Shown piece by piece: positions 1-9,528 of a stretch of DNA of 64,000 bases. The stretch comes from Nannocystis bainbridge (GTDB lineage: Bacteria; Myxococcota_A; Polyangia; Nannocystales; Nannocystaceae). How positions within the stretch are numbered: position 1 is the first letter of the stretch; each line of letters opens with the position of its first letter. Location: positions 1,024,001-1,088,000 of the forward strand of contig NZ_JAQNDL010000003.1 in NCBI RefSeq assembly GCF_028368995.1, in the 5' to 3' direction. Below the pieces are notes generated by a model. The model had not been told where the DNA came from and ran no database searches. It saw only the letters and a list, made by a program, of their open reading frames with translations. The position numbers and the translations under genes are program-made.

Positions 1-1056
1 CCACTGCACGCCAAACTGCTGACGATCACCACCGAGCGTCGCGGCGTCATCACCACCTACGTCCTCGTCGGCTCTCCCAACGCCTCTGGCCGTGCCCTGC
101 TGCACCCGCCACCGCACGGCAACGTCGAGCTCGCCATGGTCTTCTCGGCCGAGGGCGCATGGGCCCTCCCCGATCTGGCACCCGAACTGATCGCCTGTCC
201 ACGCGACCAGCTTCAACTCGCCGAGCCTGTCTTCCCGGCGACCGGCGTCAACCTCGGTCGCTGGATCGCCGACGCCACCTACGACCCTCGCGCCCGCGAG
301 CTCCGCGTCGTCTGGGCCGATGGCATCGCGGCGGCACCGACCTCCTGGCGCCTCCTGTACGTCGAGCGCCAGCTGGCCCACGGTGACACCCCGCCGTTCG
401 GCGAGCTCCGCCTCGGCGGATTCGATCTCCTCGCGATCTGCTGCGAGCTGACGCTCGAGATCGCCGGCGTCTTTTACAGCGTCCCGATCCGCGTCACCGA
501 CCTCGGTGCCCTGCCCGCCGACCCGGTCGAGGCGCAGTACGGCCTCGCCGAGTTGATCGCCCTGCTCAGCCGCCGGATCGGTCGTGAGCGCCTGCGCCAC
601 GTCGCCACCCAGGCCGGCCCACAGGGCACTTCCGCCGTCCTCGAGACCATCTTCGGCGAAGGCTTCACCCCGACCGACATCTTCCGCACGTGGAAGAACC
701 TCGCCCGCGACCTCCGCGAGGAGAACATCACCCTCGCCGCGTTCCGCCACATCCTCGCCGGCCCGATCGGTGTCCGCGCCGTCTGGCAGCGCATGCGCGA
801 CGCGATCGGCGGCGCCCTCACCCGCGAGGTCGTGTGGTTCTACGGCGCCGAACTTCTCAAGACCTTCAGCGAGCTCGAGCTGCCCGCGGACCCCGACCAG
901 CCGAGCAAGCTCGCCGAACTCGCCGGGTTCCTGAACGACCTGCGCGCCGACCTCGGCGCGCTCGCGCCCGACATTCAAGGTCGCCCGTGGATCGGTCCGA
1001 TCCTGCGCTTCTATCAACCACTGACTGCCCCGAGCGAACGCCATGACCCTGCGTGA
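1..1056 (+). CDS. PLD-superfamily (HxK) nuclease-like protein, 5'-truncated by window edge
   Basis: Frame 1 is open from base 1 and reads PLHAKLL...VLVGSPNAS...GNVEL, i.e. HxK...GSxN...NxE PLD motifs, upstream of the ATG at 136. It overlaps the helicase start by 14 nt. Confidence 0.75.
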   Translation, partial: PLHAKLLTITTERRGVITTYVLVGSPNASGRALLHPPPHGNVELAMVFSAEGAWALPDLAPELIACPRDQLQLAEPVFPATGVNLGRWIADATYDPRARELRVVWADGIAAAPTSWRLLYVERQLAHGDTPPFGELRLGGFDLLAICCELTLEIAGVFYSVPIRVTDLGALPADPVEAQYGLAELIALLSRRIGRERLRHVATQAGPQGTSAVLETIFGEGFTPTDIFRTWKNLARDLREENITLAAFRHILAGPIGVRAVWQRMRDAIGGALTREVVWFYGAELLKTFSELELPADPDQPSKLAELAGFLNDLRADLGALAPDIQGRPWIGPILRFYQPLTAPSERHDPA

Positions 1057-3976
1057 CCAAGCCTGGCTCCGCACCTTCCTCGACCTCGGCGCGCACGCCC
1101 AGCAGGGCAACATCTCCTCGCGTGACATCGAGCGGCAGGAGGACACCGTCCTCCGCGCCCTCGACATCTTGCAGGACCACCCCGGCGTCGTGCTCGCCGA
1201 CGAGGTCGGCATGGGCAAGACCTTCGAGGCGCTCGGCGTGCTCGCAGCCCGCGCTCACGTCGCGCCCGACAGCCGCTTCCTCGTCATCACGCCCGGCCCC
1301 GACCTCAACAAGAAGTGGACCCGAGAGATCCGGCGCTTCATCGCCGACGCCGGCGGCGGTCGCAAGATCTACGGCGGCCTCGAGCCCGACGCGATCCTGG
1401 ACGTCGGTCGTCTCGGCGACCTCCTGGTCGAGGCCCCGCGCCGTCGCGTGCTGATCGCCCCGATCAGCCTGTTCTTGCGCGGCGTCCGCGAGGACCACGC
1501 CGACCTGCTCGACCTCTTCTGTCGCTACAAGCGCCTCTCCGGCCCGACGCGCGCCGCCATCTTCCGCCGCTTCCGCGACGGCGCCTGCCAGCGCGAACCC
1601 GCCGAGACCTTCTTCGGAAAGTTCGACTACGCCGCCCTCGAGCCGCACCTCGCGGCCGCCTTCGCGCGCGCCGACGGCAACGAGCCCACGCTCGACGCCG
1701 CCTACGCCGAGCACGGCAACGAGCTCTTCGCCGCCGACAACAAGGTCGGCAAGATCCTCGACCTCCTCGACCTCGCCCGCTACCGGCTCGCCCGCGCCCT
1801 GCTCCCGACCTTCGACCTGCTCGTCGTCGACGAGGCCCACAAGCTCAAGAACCGCGAGACCAAGCGCGCCCTGTCGCTGAGCCAGGCCCTGCGCCAGCGC
1901 TTCCGCAACGCCCTCTTCTTGACCGCGACGCCGTTCCAGCTCGGCATCGACGAGCTGCGTCAGGTCTTCGCCCTCTTCTCTCTCGCCCAGACCGCGCCTC
2001 CCGACCTGCAAGAGCGCGCCGAGCAGCTGCTGACCGACATCCGCGATTATCAGGGCACCTACGCCGCCTTCGAGCGCGACTGGGGCCGCGTCGATCCGGT
2101 GCTCGCCGCCGAGCTCGGCCAGCACCTCGAGCGTTCGCCCGATCTCTCACAGCTCCCCGACAACCCCGCTCTCCGCCCGGTCGCGCTGCACGTGCGGCGG
2201 CTGATCGAGCTCAAGGACGCGCGCATCGAACCGGCCTTCCGCCGCTGGATGGTCCGCAGCCGCCGTGACGACCGCTTCCTCTACCGGGACCACTGCCCCA
2301 GGCACTTGCCCGTCGCGGGTCCGGCGATGATCCCCTTCCTCGCCTACGAGCGGCTGATCGCCGAACTGTTCGACCAGAAGCATCCGACCCACAAGGCCGC
2401 AGTCGAGATCAACATGGTCTCGTCCTACAGCGCCGCCCAGAAGAGCGAGATGCTCTCGAACGAGAAGACCGCCGCGATCCCGTCGATCGAGCGCTACCGC
2501 GGCCTCTTGCGCGACATCTTGAAGAACCTCTCCGACGAGCGCGACAGTCATCCCAAGCTCTCGCACGTCCTGGGCGACGTCCTGCGCGCCGCCGAGGAGC
2601 GTGGTGAAAAGACGCTGATCTTCTGCGCCCGGATCCAGACGCTGCACGAGCTCCAGCGCAAGCTGCACGACGCCTGGGAGGACCGCCTCCTCGACCGCTG
2701 GCGCCACGCCTACCCCGATGCCGACCACGAGGGCATCTTCGGCGAGCGCGGCGAGGACCGCCACGCCCGCGGCCGCCATGCCCTGCTACAGCAGCGATTC
2801 CACCGCACCCAGGACCTCCTCTACTTCGCGCTGCGCGAGCGCTACCTGCAGACGTTGCTCGACTTCGGGGACTGGGGCGAGCGCCACCTCGACGCGATCG
2901 TCGAACGCGCCGAGCCGCTGCTCCGCCAGGTCCGCACCGGCCCGACCTCCGCCGAACGCATCAACTTCTGCATCCTCAAGCGGGTCGTCGAGCGCGCCGC
3001 CGTCGAACTCCGCCGTGAACACGACCCGGCCTGGGCCAGGGAATTCTCCGAGGTCATCCAGCGGGTCTGCGACCCGCGCTTCATCCCCCACGGCTACGAC
3101 CTCGTGAAGGACGAGCTCGAGGAGTCCGAGGACGGGCACCACACCCCGACCTGGAACATCTCGCGCGAGCACGCGCAGCTCGTCGTCAGCGCGCAGCCCC
3201 ATCTGTGGACGTACTTCCGTGGCAACATGTACGGCCTCCCCGACGAGCGCCGGATCCAGCTCGTCGAACGGCTGGCCCGCTACCTCACCGCGCGCTACGT
3301 CCCGTTCATCGCCGACGTCATCGCCGCAGCAAGTTCGTCCGGTCTCGCCGTCGATCCCGTCCCCTCGCGCGAGCTCCTCGACCTCGTCGACGGCTTCTGG
3401 CAGACCCCTGTCGGACGCGGCTATGTCATTCAGCTGCGGCAGTTCCTGCAGTATTTCCATTACGAGCTCTCCGAGGAGTCGCAGGACAAGCTCCTCGACG
3501 GCGAGCTGCTCGAGGGCCGGTTCGTCCGCCAGACCAGCGACGGCGAGGCGCGCGAGCGCCTGCGCGAGGCCTTCAACACCCCGCTGTACCCGATGGTACT
3601 GATCGCCAACGAGGTCATGCAGGAGGGCCTCGACCTGCAGCGCTCGTGTTGCCGCATCATCCACCACGACCTGCCCTGGAACCCCGCCCAGCTCGAGCAA
3701 CGCGTCGGCCGCATCGACCGCCTCGGCGGCCGGATCCACAAGCTGCGCGACAAGAACGCCGACGCCAAGCTCGAGATCCTCTACCCGCTGATCCAGCAGA
3801 CGATCGACATGCGGATCCACCAGGTCGTCCGCCAGCGCGAGAAATGGCTCGAGTTCCTGCTCGGCGCGCCGCCCGATCCCCAGGAGTACGCCGAGGTCGA
3901 CACGCCGCCGCCGCCGCTCCCCACGGCCCTCGCCGACCGCCTCCGCATCGACCTGCGCCCGCGCTCTCCTTCCTGA
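1043..3976 (+). CDS. SNF2-like/DEAH superfamily 2 helicase
   Basis: 977 aa. ADEVGMGKT (Walker A), VVDEAHK, LTATP, QEGLDL, DLPWNPAQLEQRVGRIDR. Confidence 0.92.
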   Translation: MTLRDQAWLRTFLDLGAHAQQGNISSRDIERQEDTVLRALDILQDHPGVVLADEVGMGKTFEALGVLAARAHVAPDSRFLVITPGPDLNKKWTREIRRFIADAGGGRKIYGGLEPDAILDVGRLGDLLVEAPRRRVLIAPISLFLRGVREDHADLLDLFCRYKRLSGPTRAAIFRRFRDGACQREPAETFFGKFDYAALEPHLAAAFARADGNEPTLDAAYAEHGNELFAADNKVGKILDLLDLARYRLARALLPTFDLLVVDEAHKLKNRETKRALSLSQALRQRFRNALFLTATPFQLGIDELRQVFALFSLAQTAPPDLQERAEQLLTDIRDYQGTYAAFERDWGRVDPVLAAELGQHLERSPDLSQLPDNPALRPVALHVRRLIELKDARIEPAFRRWMVRSRRDDRFLYRDHCPRHLPVAGPAMIPFLAYERLIAELFDQKHPTHKAAVEINMVSSYSAAQKSEMLSNEKTAAIPSIERYRGLLRDILKNLSDERDSHPKLSHVLGDVLRAAEERGEKTLIFCARIQTLHELQRKLHDAWEDRLLDRWRHAYPDADHEGIFGERGEDRHARGRHALLQQRFHRTQDLLYFALRERYLQTLLDFGDWGERHLDAIVERAEPLLRQVRTGPTSAERINFCILKRVVERAAVELRREHDPAWAREFSEVIQRVCDPRFIPHGYDLVKDELEESEDGHHTPTWNISREHAQLVVSAQPHLWTYFRGNMYGLPDERRIQLVERLARYLTARYVPFIADVIAAASSSGLAVDPVPSRELLDLVDGFWQTPVGRGYVIQLRQFLQYFHYELSEESQDKLLDGELLEGRFVRQTSDGEARERLREAFNTPLYPMVLIANEVMQEGLDLQRSCCRIIHHDLPWNPAQLEQRVGRIDRLGGRIHKLRDKNADAKLEILYPLIQQTIDMRIHQVVRQREKWLEFLLGAPPDPQEYAEVDTPPPPLPTALADRLRIDLRPRSPS

Positions 3977-4376
3977 CGCGCGGTGCGCAGGTTCAGCTCG
4001 TCGCGCCGTCCTACAATCAATGGTTCGCCGAGGCTGTCATTGCAGCCTCGCGCTTTTTTAGGTGCGAATGATGTGCCCGATCGGTGCGTCGATACAGTGA
4101 AGGATGGCCGGGCCAACGCGCGAACGGATCGAGCCATCCCAGCGCTATCATGATAGCGATCGAGCAACAGACCGCAGAATGGCGCGCTCCACTCGTATCG
4201 TCCCCTGAGCCCCTCGCGCTCGACGCGAACGCCCCGGTTCCGGCCGGTTCATGGGGTCTCCCGCCGACACCTGTGAGCGATATCGCCCCGTGCGAAGATG
4301 CGCCTGCCGGGCCACTCCGATCCTTGTGAGCGCCACCGCGCTGTGCGAGGATGCGCGCTCGCAGGTCGGAGGTCTC

Positions 4377-5306
4377 ATGAGCCATCGCCGCCGAAAACTC
4401 GCTCTTTCTGCCGTGGGCGTGGGGCTGCCTGGGGTCGACGACCCGGCGCTGCCGCTGCCGGTGTCTGGTTTTGCGCACTCGGCGCTGCGGTGGCCGGACG
4501 CTTCCGCGCTCATCGGCTCCACCTGGTCGGCTGCGCGCACAGCGCATTCCGGCATGAGCGACCCGGGGACCCGGCGCGTGCTCAACGAGGATGCCTTCCT
4601 CGCCGACGGTCGGCTCGGGCTGTTCATCGTCGCGGATGGTGTGGGTGGCAGGCCATTCGGCGGTCTCGCTGCTGGCGAGGCGGTGTCGGTGCTGTGGGAG
4701 TGGATCTTGCGCGAGACGAAGGCGCTCGGCGCACCGATGCGTGGGCCTGGCCAGCCATCCGGGAATGGCAGCAGTGTCGTGCAGCTCGGGTCCGTCGTTC
4801 GCACCGCCCTGCAGAACGCGTCGCGGACGCTCCGCACGATGGCCACGGCCGATCCGCGCTATGCGGGCATGTGCACGACCGCCTCGGTCGTGCTCGTCGC
4901 CGGCGACGTCGCGGTGGTCGGGCAGGTCGGAGATTCGCGGGTGTACCACGCACGCGGCGCGGCGGTGCGGCAGGTGACCGAGGATCACACGCTGCTGGGC
5001 TTGCAGGTGAAGCGAGGGCTCGTGGCGCCCGAGCAGGCGCGCGGACGACGATCGCCGATCATCCGCGCGCTCGGCCTCGCCGACGAACTCGAGGTCGACA
5101 TTCACGCGGTGCCGGTCGCCCGCGGCGATCGGCTGCTGCTGTGCTCCGACGGCCTGCACGAGCACTTCCAGCGCGAGGGTGTCCTGCAGCACCTGTTCCA
5201 GCTCGACATCCGCACCGCCGCTCCTGCCGCGGTTCACCACGCCCGACGTCGCGGCGGCCGGGACAACATCACCGCGCTGTTCGTGGAGATCCTCGGGCCG
5301 GGCTAG
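4377..5306 (+). CDS. PP2C-family Ser/Thr protein phosphatase
   Basis: NEDAF, VADGVGG, VGDSRVY, LLCSDGL, GGRDNIT motifs. GGAGGT RBS before ATG 4377. Confidence 0.9.
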   Translation: MSHRRRKLALSAVGVGLPGVDDPALPLPVSGFAHSALRWPDASALIGSTWSAARTAHSGMSDPGTRRVLNEDAFLADGRLGLFIVADGVGGRPFGGLAAGEAVSVLWEWILRETKALGAPMRGPGQPSGNGSSVVQLGSVVRTALQNASRTLRTMATADPRYAGMCTTASVVLVAGDVAVVGQVGDSRVYHARGAAVRQVTEDHTLLGLQVKRGLVAPEQARGRRSPIIRALGLADELEVDIHAVPVARGDRLLLCSDGLHEHFQREGVLQHLFQLDIRTAAPAAVHHARRRGGRDNITALFVEILGPG

Positions 5307-5551
5307 GGGGCCGAGCGATGCGCCATCGTGACCTGACCGCGGCGCGGGGACGACGGTGTCTTCATCGCCTCGCCGGGTGGACCTCGGGCGAGCTCACGCG
5401 AGCGACGGCGGGCTCGTCAGCACCTCCGCGAGCTCGCACCTCGATGCGCCCGTTGCGATCAGGGTCCGCTCCACGGTGCTTTTGGACCTCGATCCCGCGG
5501 CTCCGTGCAGGCGCTTGCCCCGGGGCCTGCGCCGGATGTTATGGTCGCCGC

Positions 5552-6697
5552 ATGCTCCGCACCACCGTCACTCTGTCTGCGATTGCGATGACCGTGTTTA
5601 CCGCCTGCGGGGGGGCCGACTCCGGGCGCGGGGACACGAGCGTGGCGACGGCGCCGACGGGCGCGACCACGGTGCCCGTGACCACCGACGCCACCAGCAC
5701 CAGCGACGTCGCGCCCACCTCTTCGGGCACCACGAGCAGCACCGGCGAGCCGACCTCCACGTCCACCACCTCCTCCACCAACCCCTCGGGCGTCGACACT
5801 GCCAAGTTCGACCTCGGCGCCAGCGACCTCGGCGCGGGCACCACCGGCGGCGACAACGGGTGCAAGAAGGTCGATTTCCTGTTCGTGATCGACAACTCGA
5901 CCAGCATGGAGGACAACCAGGACGCGCTGATCGACAGCTTCCCTGGCTTCATCGACGCCATCAAGACCGCCCTCGGCGACGTCGACGACTACCACATCAT
6001 GGTCGTCGACACCGACGCGAACGGCCGGTGCGCGAAGCCTTGCGACGAGAGCGACCCCGATTACGTCAAGTTCTGCGCCGCGGCCAACTACCACGCCTGC
6101 ACCACGGAGCTCGAGCCGTGCGACACGCAGCGCGGCGCCGGGGTCATCCACCCGGTCGGCTCCTTCTCCAGCAACACCAAGTGTCCGGTGGCCGGTGGCC
6201 ACCGCTACATGTTGCCCGATCAGCCCGACCTCGCCTCGACGTTCGCCTGCGTCGCCAAGGTCGGCACCGCCGGCAACGCCTCGGAGCGGCCGATGAACGC
6301 CATCGAGGAGGCCGTGAGCGAGGAGCTCAACTTCCCCAACGGTTGCAACGGCGGGTTCCTCCGCGACGACGCGATCCTCGTCATCACCTTCATCAGCGAC
6401 GATCCCAACAAGCCCGACCAGGGCGATCCCGCCTCCTGGAAGGCGTCGGTCGTCGCGGCCAAGAACGGCGACGAGAACGCCGTCGTGGTGCTCGGCCTCA
6501 TCCCCCACCCCGAGCTCGACTGCATCACCGGCAACGACCCGAACCTGACCCAGGGCGCCCACTGGCAGGAGTTCATCGAGTCGTGGGGCTCGCACGGGAT
6601 CTCCGGCTCGGTCTGCGAGGCCGACTACGCGCCCTTCTTCCTCCAGGCGATCCAGGCCATCGACCAGACCTGCGACGAGTTCAACCCGCCGGGTTGA
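5552..6697 (+). CDS. Lipoprotein with Thr/Ser linker and vWA-like (MIDAS DxSxS) domain
   Basis: Lipobox FTAC, Thr-rich linker, KVDFLFVIDNSTSM, LVITFISD. Paralogue of 47138..48283. Confidence 0.8.
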   Translation: MLRTTVTLSAIAMTVFTACGGADSGRGDTSVATAPTGATTVPVTTDATSTSDVAPTSSGTTSSTGEPTSTSTTSSTNPSGVDTAKFDLGASDLGAGTTGGDNGCKKVDFLFVIDNSTSMEDNQDALIDSFPGFIDAIKTALGDVDDYHIMVVDTDANGRCAKPCDESDPDYVKFCAAANYHACTTELEPCDTQRGAGVIHPVGSFSSNTKCPVAGGHRYMLPDQPDLASTFACVAKVGTAGNASERPMNAIEEAVSEELNFPNGCNGGFLRDDAILVITFISDDPNKPDQGDPASWKASVVAAKNGDENAVVVLGLIPHPELDCITGNDPNLTQGAHWQEFIESWGSHGISGSVCEADYAPFFLQAIQAIDQTCDEFNPPG

Positions 6698-6725
6698 CCG
6701 CGCGGCCACGAACCTGCTCTGCGTC

Positions 6726-6767
6726 TGGCGGCAGGAGCATGTCCCTGAGGACATGTCTCAAGTATCA
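6726..6767. repeat. Phased array of 14-bp TGTCC-N4-GGACA units
   Basis: Perfect TGTCCCTGAGGACA at 6740-6753, flanked in phase by degenerate TG...CA units, between convergent genes. Confidence 0.8.
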
Positions 6768-6826
6768 GGCCGATGCGCAGGCGCTGTCTCGACGCCGTGG
6801 GCTTGCTCGCCCGTCGGGCGGCCGGG

Positions 6827-7402
6827 TCAGCCGGCGCCGGCCTCCAGCACCGGTTGCCAGAAATAGCAGTTCGCGGGCACCTCTTCGCCCTTGAGCGCCC
6901 TGCTCAGCTTGCAATCGCGGCCGGCGAGCGTGTCCATCGTATCGATGATGGTCTGCATCGGGATGTTGGACTCCGCGGAGATGGTCACGGTCGTCTCGTG
7001 CGGGAAAGCCTGCTTGTAGCGCTGCACCCGCTCCTCGAGGGCCGCGTAATCGTAGCGGCTGTAATCGCCGAGCGGCGTGCCGGGCCTGGCCAGCGGGATC
7101 GTCGGCGCTTTCGAATCGGTCGCCTTGCCGGCCTCGGCGCCGTCCTGCTGGGCGTCGGCGGAGATCCGGAAGCCGTCCTCGAGGACCATGACCTTGAGGT
7201 TGAGCGGCTTGTCCTGGGGCGCGTCGTCGGGCTTGGTCTCGGCGCTGGCGGCCGAGAAGCGCGGCGGCGAGACGTTGATCGACGACATCGACGCGTACTC
7301 CATCACCGACAGCAGGAGGGGAATTAATAAAAACATGACGTTCATGACCGGGAGGAGGTCGGCTTCGATCTCCACTCCTTCGAATTTTTTACGCCTGCGC
7401 AT
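6827..7402 (-). CDS. ExbD/TolR-family biopolymer transport protein
   Basis: DLLPVMNVMFLLIPLLL TM segment, VTISAESNIPMQTIIDTMD C-terminal motif, AAGGAGGTGA RBS. Confidence 0.85.
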   Translation of the reverse strand: MRRRKKFEGVEIEADLLPVMNVMFLLIPLLLSVMEYASMSSINVSPPRFSAASAETKPDDAPQDKPLNLKVMVLEDGFRISADAQQDGAEAGKATDSKAPTIPLARPGTPLGDYSRYDYAALEERVQRYKQAFPHETTVTISAESNIPMQTIIDTMDTLAGRDCKLSRALKGEEVPANCYFWQPVLEAGAG

Positions 7403-7810
7403 CGCTTCACCTCCTTGCCCCGGAGCGGGGGTGACCGCAATGAGAGCGGATGATTGGGTACACACGCTGTATGAACTCCATGGACGTGGATCCTCCTTCG
7501 CGCCGGATCGAGAGACCGGCGCGGCGCACCATATGAATGTCGAAATTGCCGGACCGCGCTCCGCGGAGCAGGCGGGCGTCAGCGACGACTTCGCAAGAGC
7601 CGTGTCACGTCGCCGCTCGCGGGCCGTGACACGGGCCACGGCGCCGGGCGGCGCCTGCCCGCCTGGCCGCGAGCGAGAGGAGTACGGGCGCGTTGCGTGC
7701 TCCGGTGAGTACAGTGCCGGGGCCGCGGCCGACCCTACACGCGCCGGGAAGAAATCTCGCGGCGCCGGTCGGAGCGCCACCAAGAGCGCCAGCGGCTCGG
7801 CCGGGACCGC

Positions 7811-8755
7811 TCACGCGCCGGCGCAGACCTTCGTCGTGCCGTCGAACACCTGCGGTCCCTTGCACGCGGCCGCGCTGGAGCAGTGGCAGATCCCCTCCAC
7901 GCACGTATCGGCGCGCAGCGTGTCGACGCAGTCGGCGTCCTGGCCGCAGCCGCACACGCCGGCGATGCAGACCGCGTAGCCGCCGATGCCGGACGTCGCG
8001 CAATCGGAGTCTTCGCCGCACTCGCAGCGCTGCGTGCGAGGATTGCACACCGGGTGGCCGGTCTGCGTCGCGCAATCCGAGCCGTTCGCGCACGGGTCGA
8101 AGCAGACCCCGTCGTCGCAGCGGGTCTCGGTCAGGCCGCAGACCGTGACCGGCGCCCCGCCCTCGATTGGTTCGACCTGGAGCTCCTCGCCGACCAGCAC
8201 GTCGCACGGGGCGCCGTCGCTGGGCCGCGGCGCGCACTTGCCAGCGCCGTCACCGATGGCGACGCAGGCGTAGCTGTTGCCGCAATCGGCCTGGGCCGCG
8301 CAGGTGATCGTCCAGCCGCTGAGGATGACGTCACATTGCTCGTCGGTCGAGCAGACCGTGACGACATCGTTGACGCAGCGCTGGTCCTGACAGGTGTAGC
8401 CGGCATCTTCGCCGAAGACGAAGCAGTCGGTATCGCTGGCGCAGGCCTCCTGGCAGAACTGGCCGGCGCCGCCGGTGGTCGTGGCCTCCGTGGTGGGCGC
8501 GGTCGTCGTGGTGGTCGCGGGCGGTTCGCTCGTGACGGTGCCGGTCGTGGTGAAGGTGCCGGTCGTGCTCACCGAATCGTCGCTCGAGGTGCCCATCGTC
8601 TGCGTGGCCTGCGTGGCCTGCGTGGCCTGCGTCGAGTCCGTCGTGACGCCGGAGGTCTCCGTGCCGCTGCCCTTGTCGGCGCCGCAGGCGAGCGGCGCGA
8701 GCACGGCCGCGAACAGGAGGATCACCGGCGTCTTCACGAGAAATGAGCGTTGCAT
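7811..8755 (-). CDS. Cys-rich secreted lipoprotein with Thr-rich linker
   Basis: Lipobox LAC, Thr-rich linker including a 9-bp tandem repeat at 8600-8632 (TQA x3), repeated CxxDxDC modules. Confidence 0.8.
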   Translation of the reverse strand: MQRSFLVKTPVILLFAAVLAPLACGADKGSGTETSGVTTDSTQATQATQATQTMGTSSDDSVSTTGTFTTTGTVTSEPPATTTTTAPTTEATTTGGAGQFCQEACASDTDCFVFGEDAGYTCQDQRCVNDVVTVCSTDEQCDVILSGWTITCAAQADCGNSYACVAIGDGAGKCAPRPSDGAPCDVLVGEELQVEPIEGGAPVTVCGLTETRCDDGVCFDPCANGSDCATQTGHPVCNPRTQRCECGEDSDCATSGIGGYAVCIAGVCGCGQDADCVDTLRADTCVEGICHCSSAAACKGPQVFDGTTKVCAGA

Positions 8756-9008
8756 GGCCGCGAGGGTACCCCACGCGGCGAGATGGCGATGGGCGCCGCA
8801 TTCTTCGTCGGCGGTGAAACAGGTTTCGCAAGACCCCGGCTTCGCGTGCGTATGGCGGCTCGCTGGCAATGGGCAGTCACGGCCGGCGAATGCACGGCGG
8901 GCTCGGCCGTGACGCTCTGGTGAATGCACGCTCGCGGTCTGTTGTCCCCACTCGAGGTCGCGCGGCAGCGGTTCGGCGCCTCGTGGTGGACGCTCGCTAC
9001 GCGGCGGC

Positions 9009-9419
9009 TCACGCGGCGACGCCGGGCTCGCGCGCGAAGGGCCGGACCTCGCGAAATTCGACCACCGCGAGCGAGCCGACGAACAGCGCCTCGAAGCCGA
9101 CGTGCACGACGCCGAAGATGCTCGCGGTGCCCGCGGTCGTCGCCAGGATCGCGGCGCAGGCGACGACCCACGCGGCGTTGGCGGCCACGAGGAGGTCGAT
9201 CGCGCGGCGCGACGGGGTGCGCCCGCGCGACGCCCGGACCGCGAGCGAGCCGGAGTAGCAGGCGTAGGCGAGGTTGACCGCGCCGATGAAGCCCACGAGC
9301 GCCGGCGAAAAGGCGTGCAGCTGCGCCAGCGGGCCGCGCAGCGCGAGCACCACGAGACCGGCGATGCAGGCGGCGGAGCCGTCGAGCCAGAGGATCGCGC
9401 GGGCGCGCCGGGGCATCAT
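9009..9419 (-). CDS. Small 4-TM membrane protein
   Basis: Four hydrophobic segments, GC3-rich codons. Confidence 0.7.
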   Translation of the reverse strand: MMPRRARAILWLDGSAACIAGLVVLALRGPLAQLHAFSPALVGFIGAVNLAYACYSGSLAVRASRGRTPSRRAIDLLVAANAAWVVACAAILATTAGTASIFGVVHVGFEALFVGSLAVVEFREVRPFAREPGVAA

Positions 9420-9528
9420 CGCGGGCGAGGGTAACGCGGATCCGCGGGGGTCGTCACGGCTCGCCGCCGCGCCGGACGCGGAGACGCCGGGCGCTGGCCG
9501 CGGACGGGGCGTGTGCCATACAGGGGCC

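Noticed and set aside
1-3976. Calling the PLD/helicase pair DISARM
   Set aside because: No methyltransferase or DrmA/DrmB is visible, and the upstream context is outside the window.
6740-6753. Identifying the palindrome as a MrpC, CRP or FNR box
   Set aside because: MrpC (TGTY-N8-RAC) and CRP (TGTGA-N6-TCACA) have longer spacing. FNR shares the 5-4-5 layout but not the sequence. Most copies are not in promoters.
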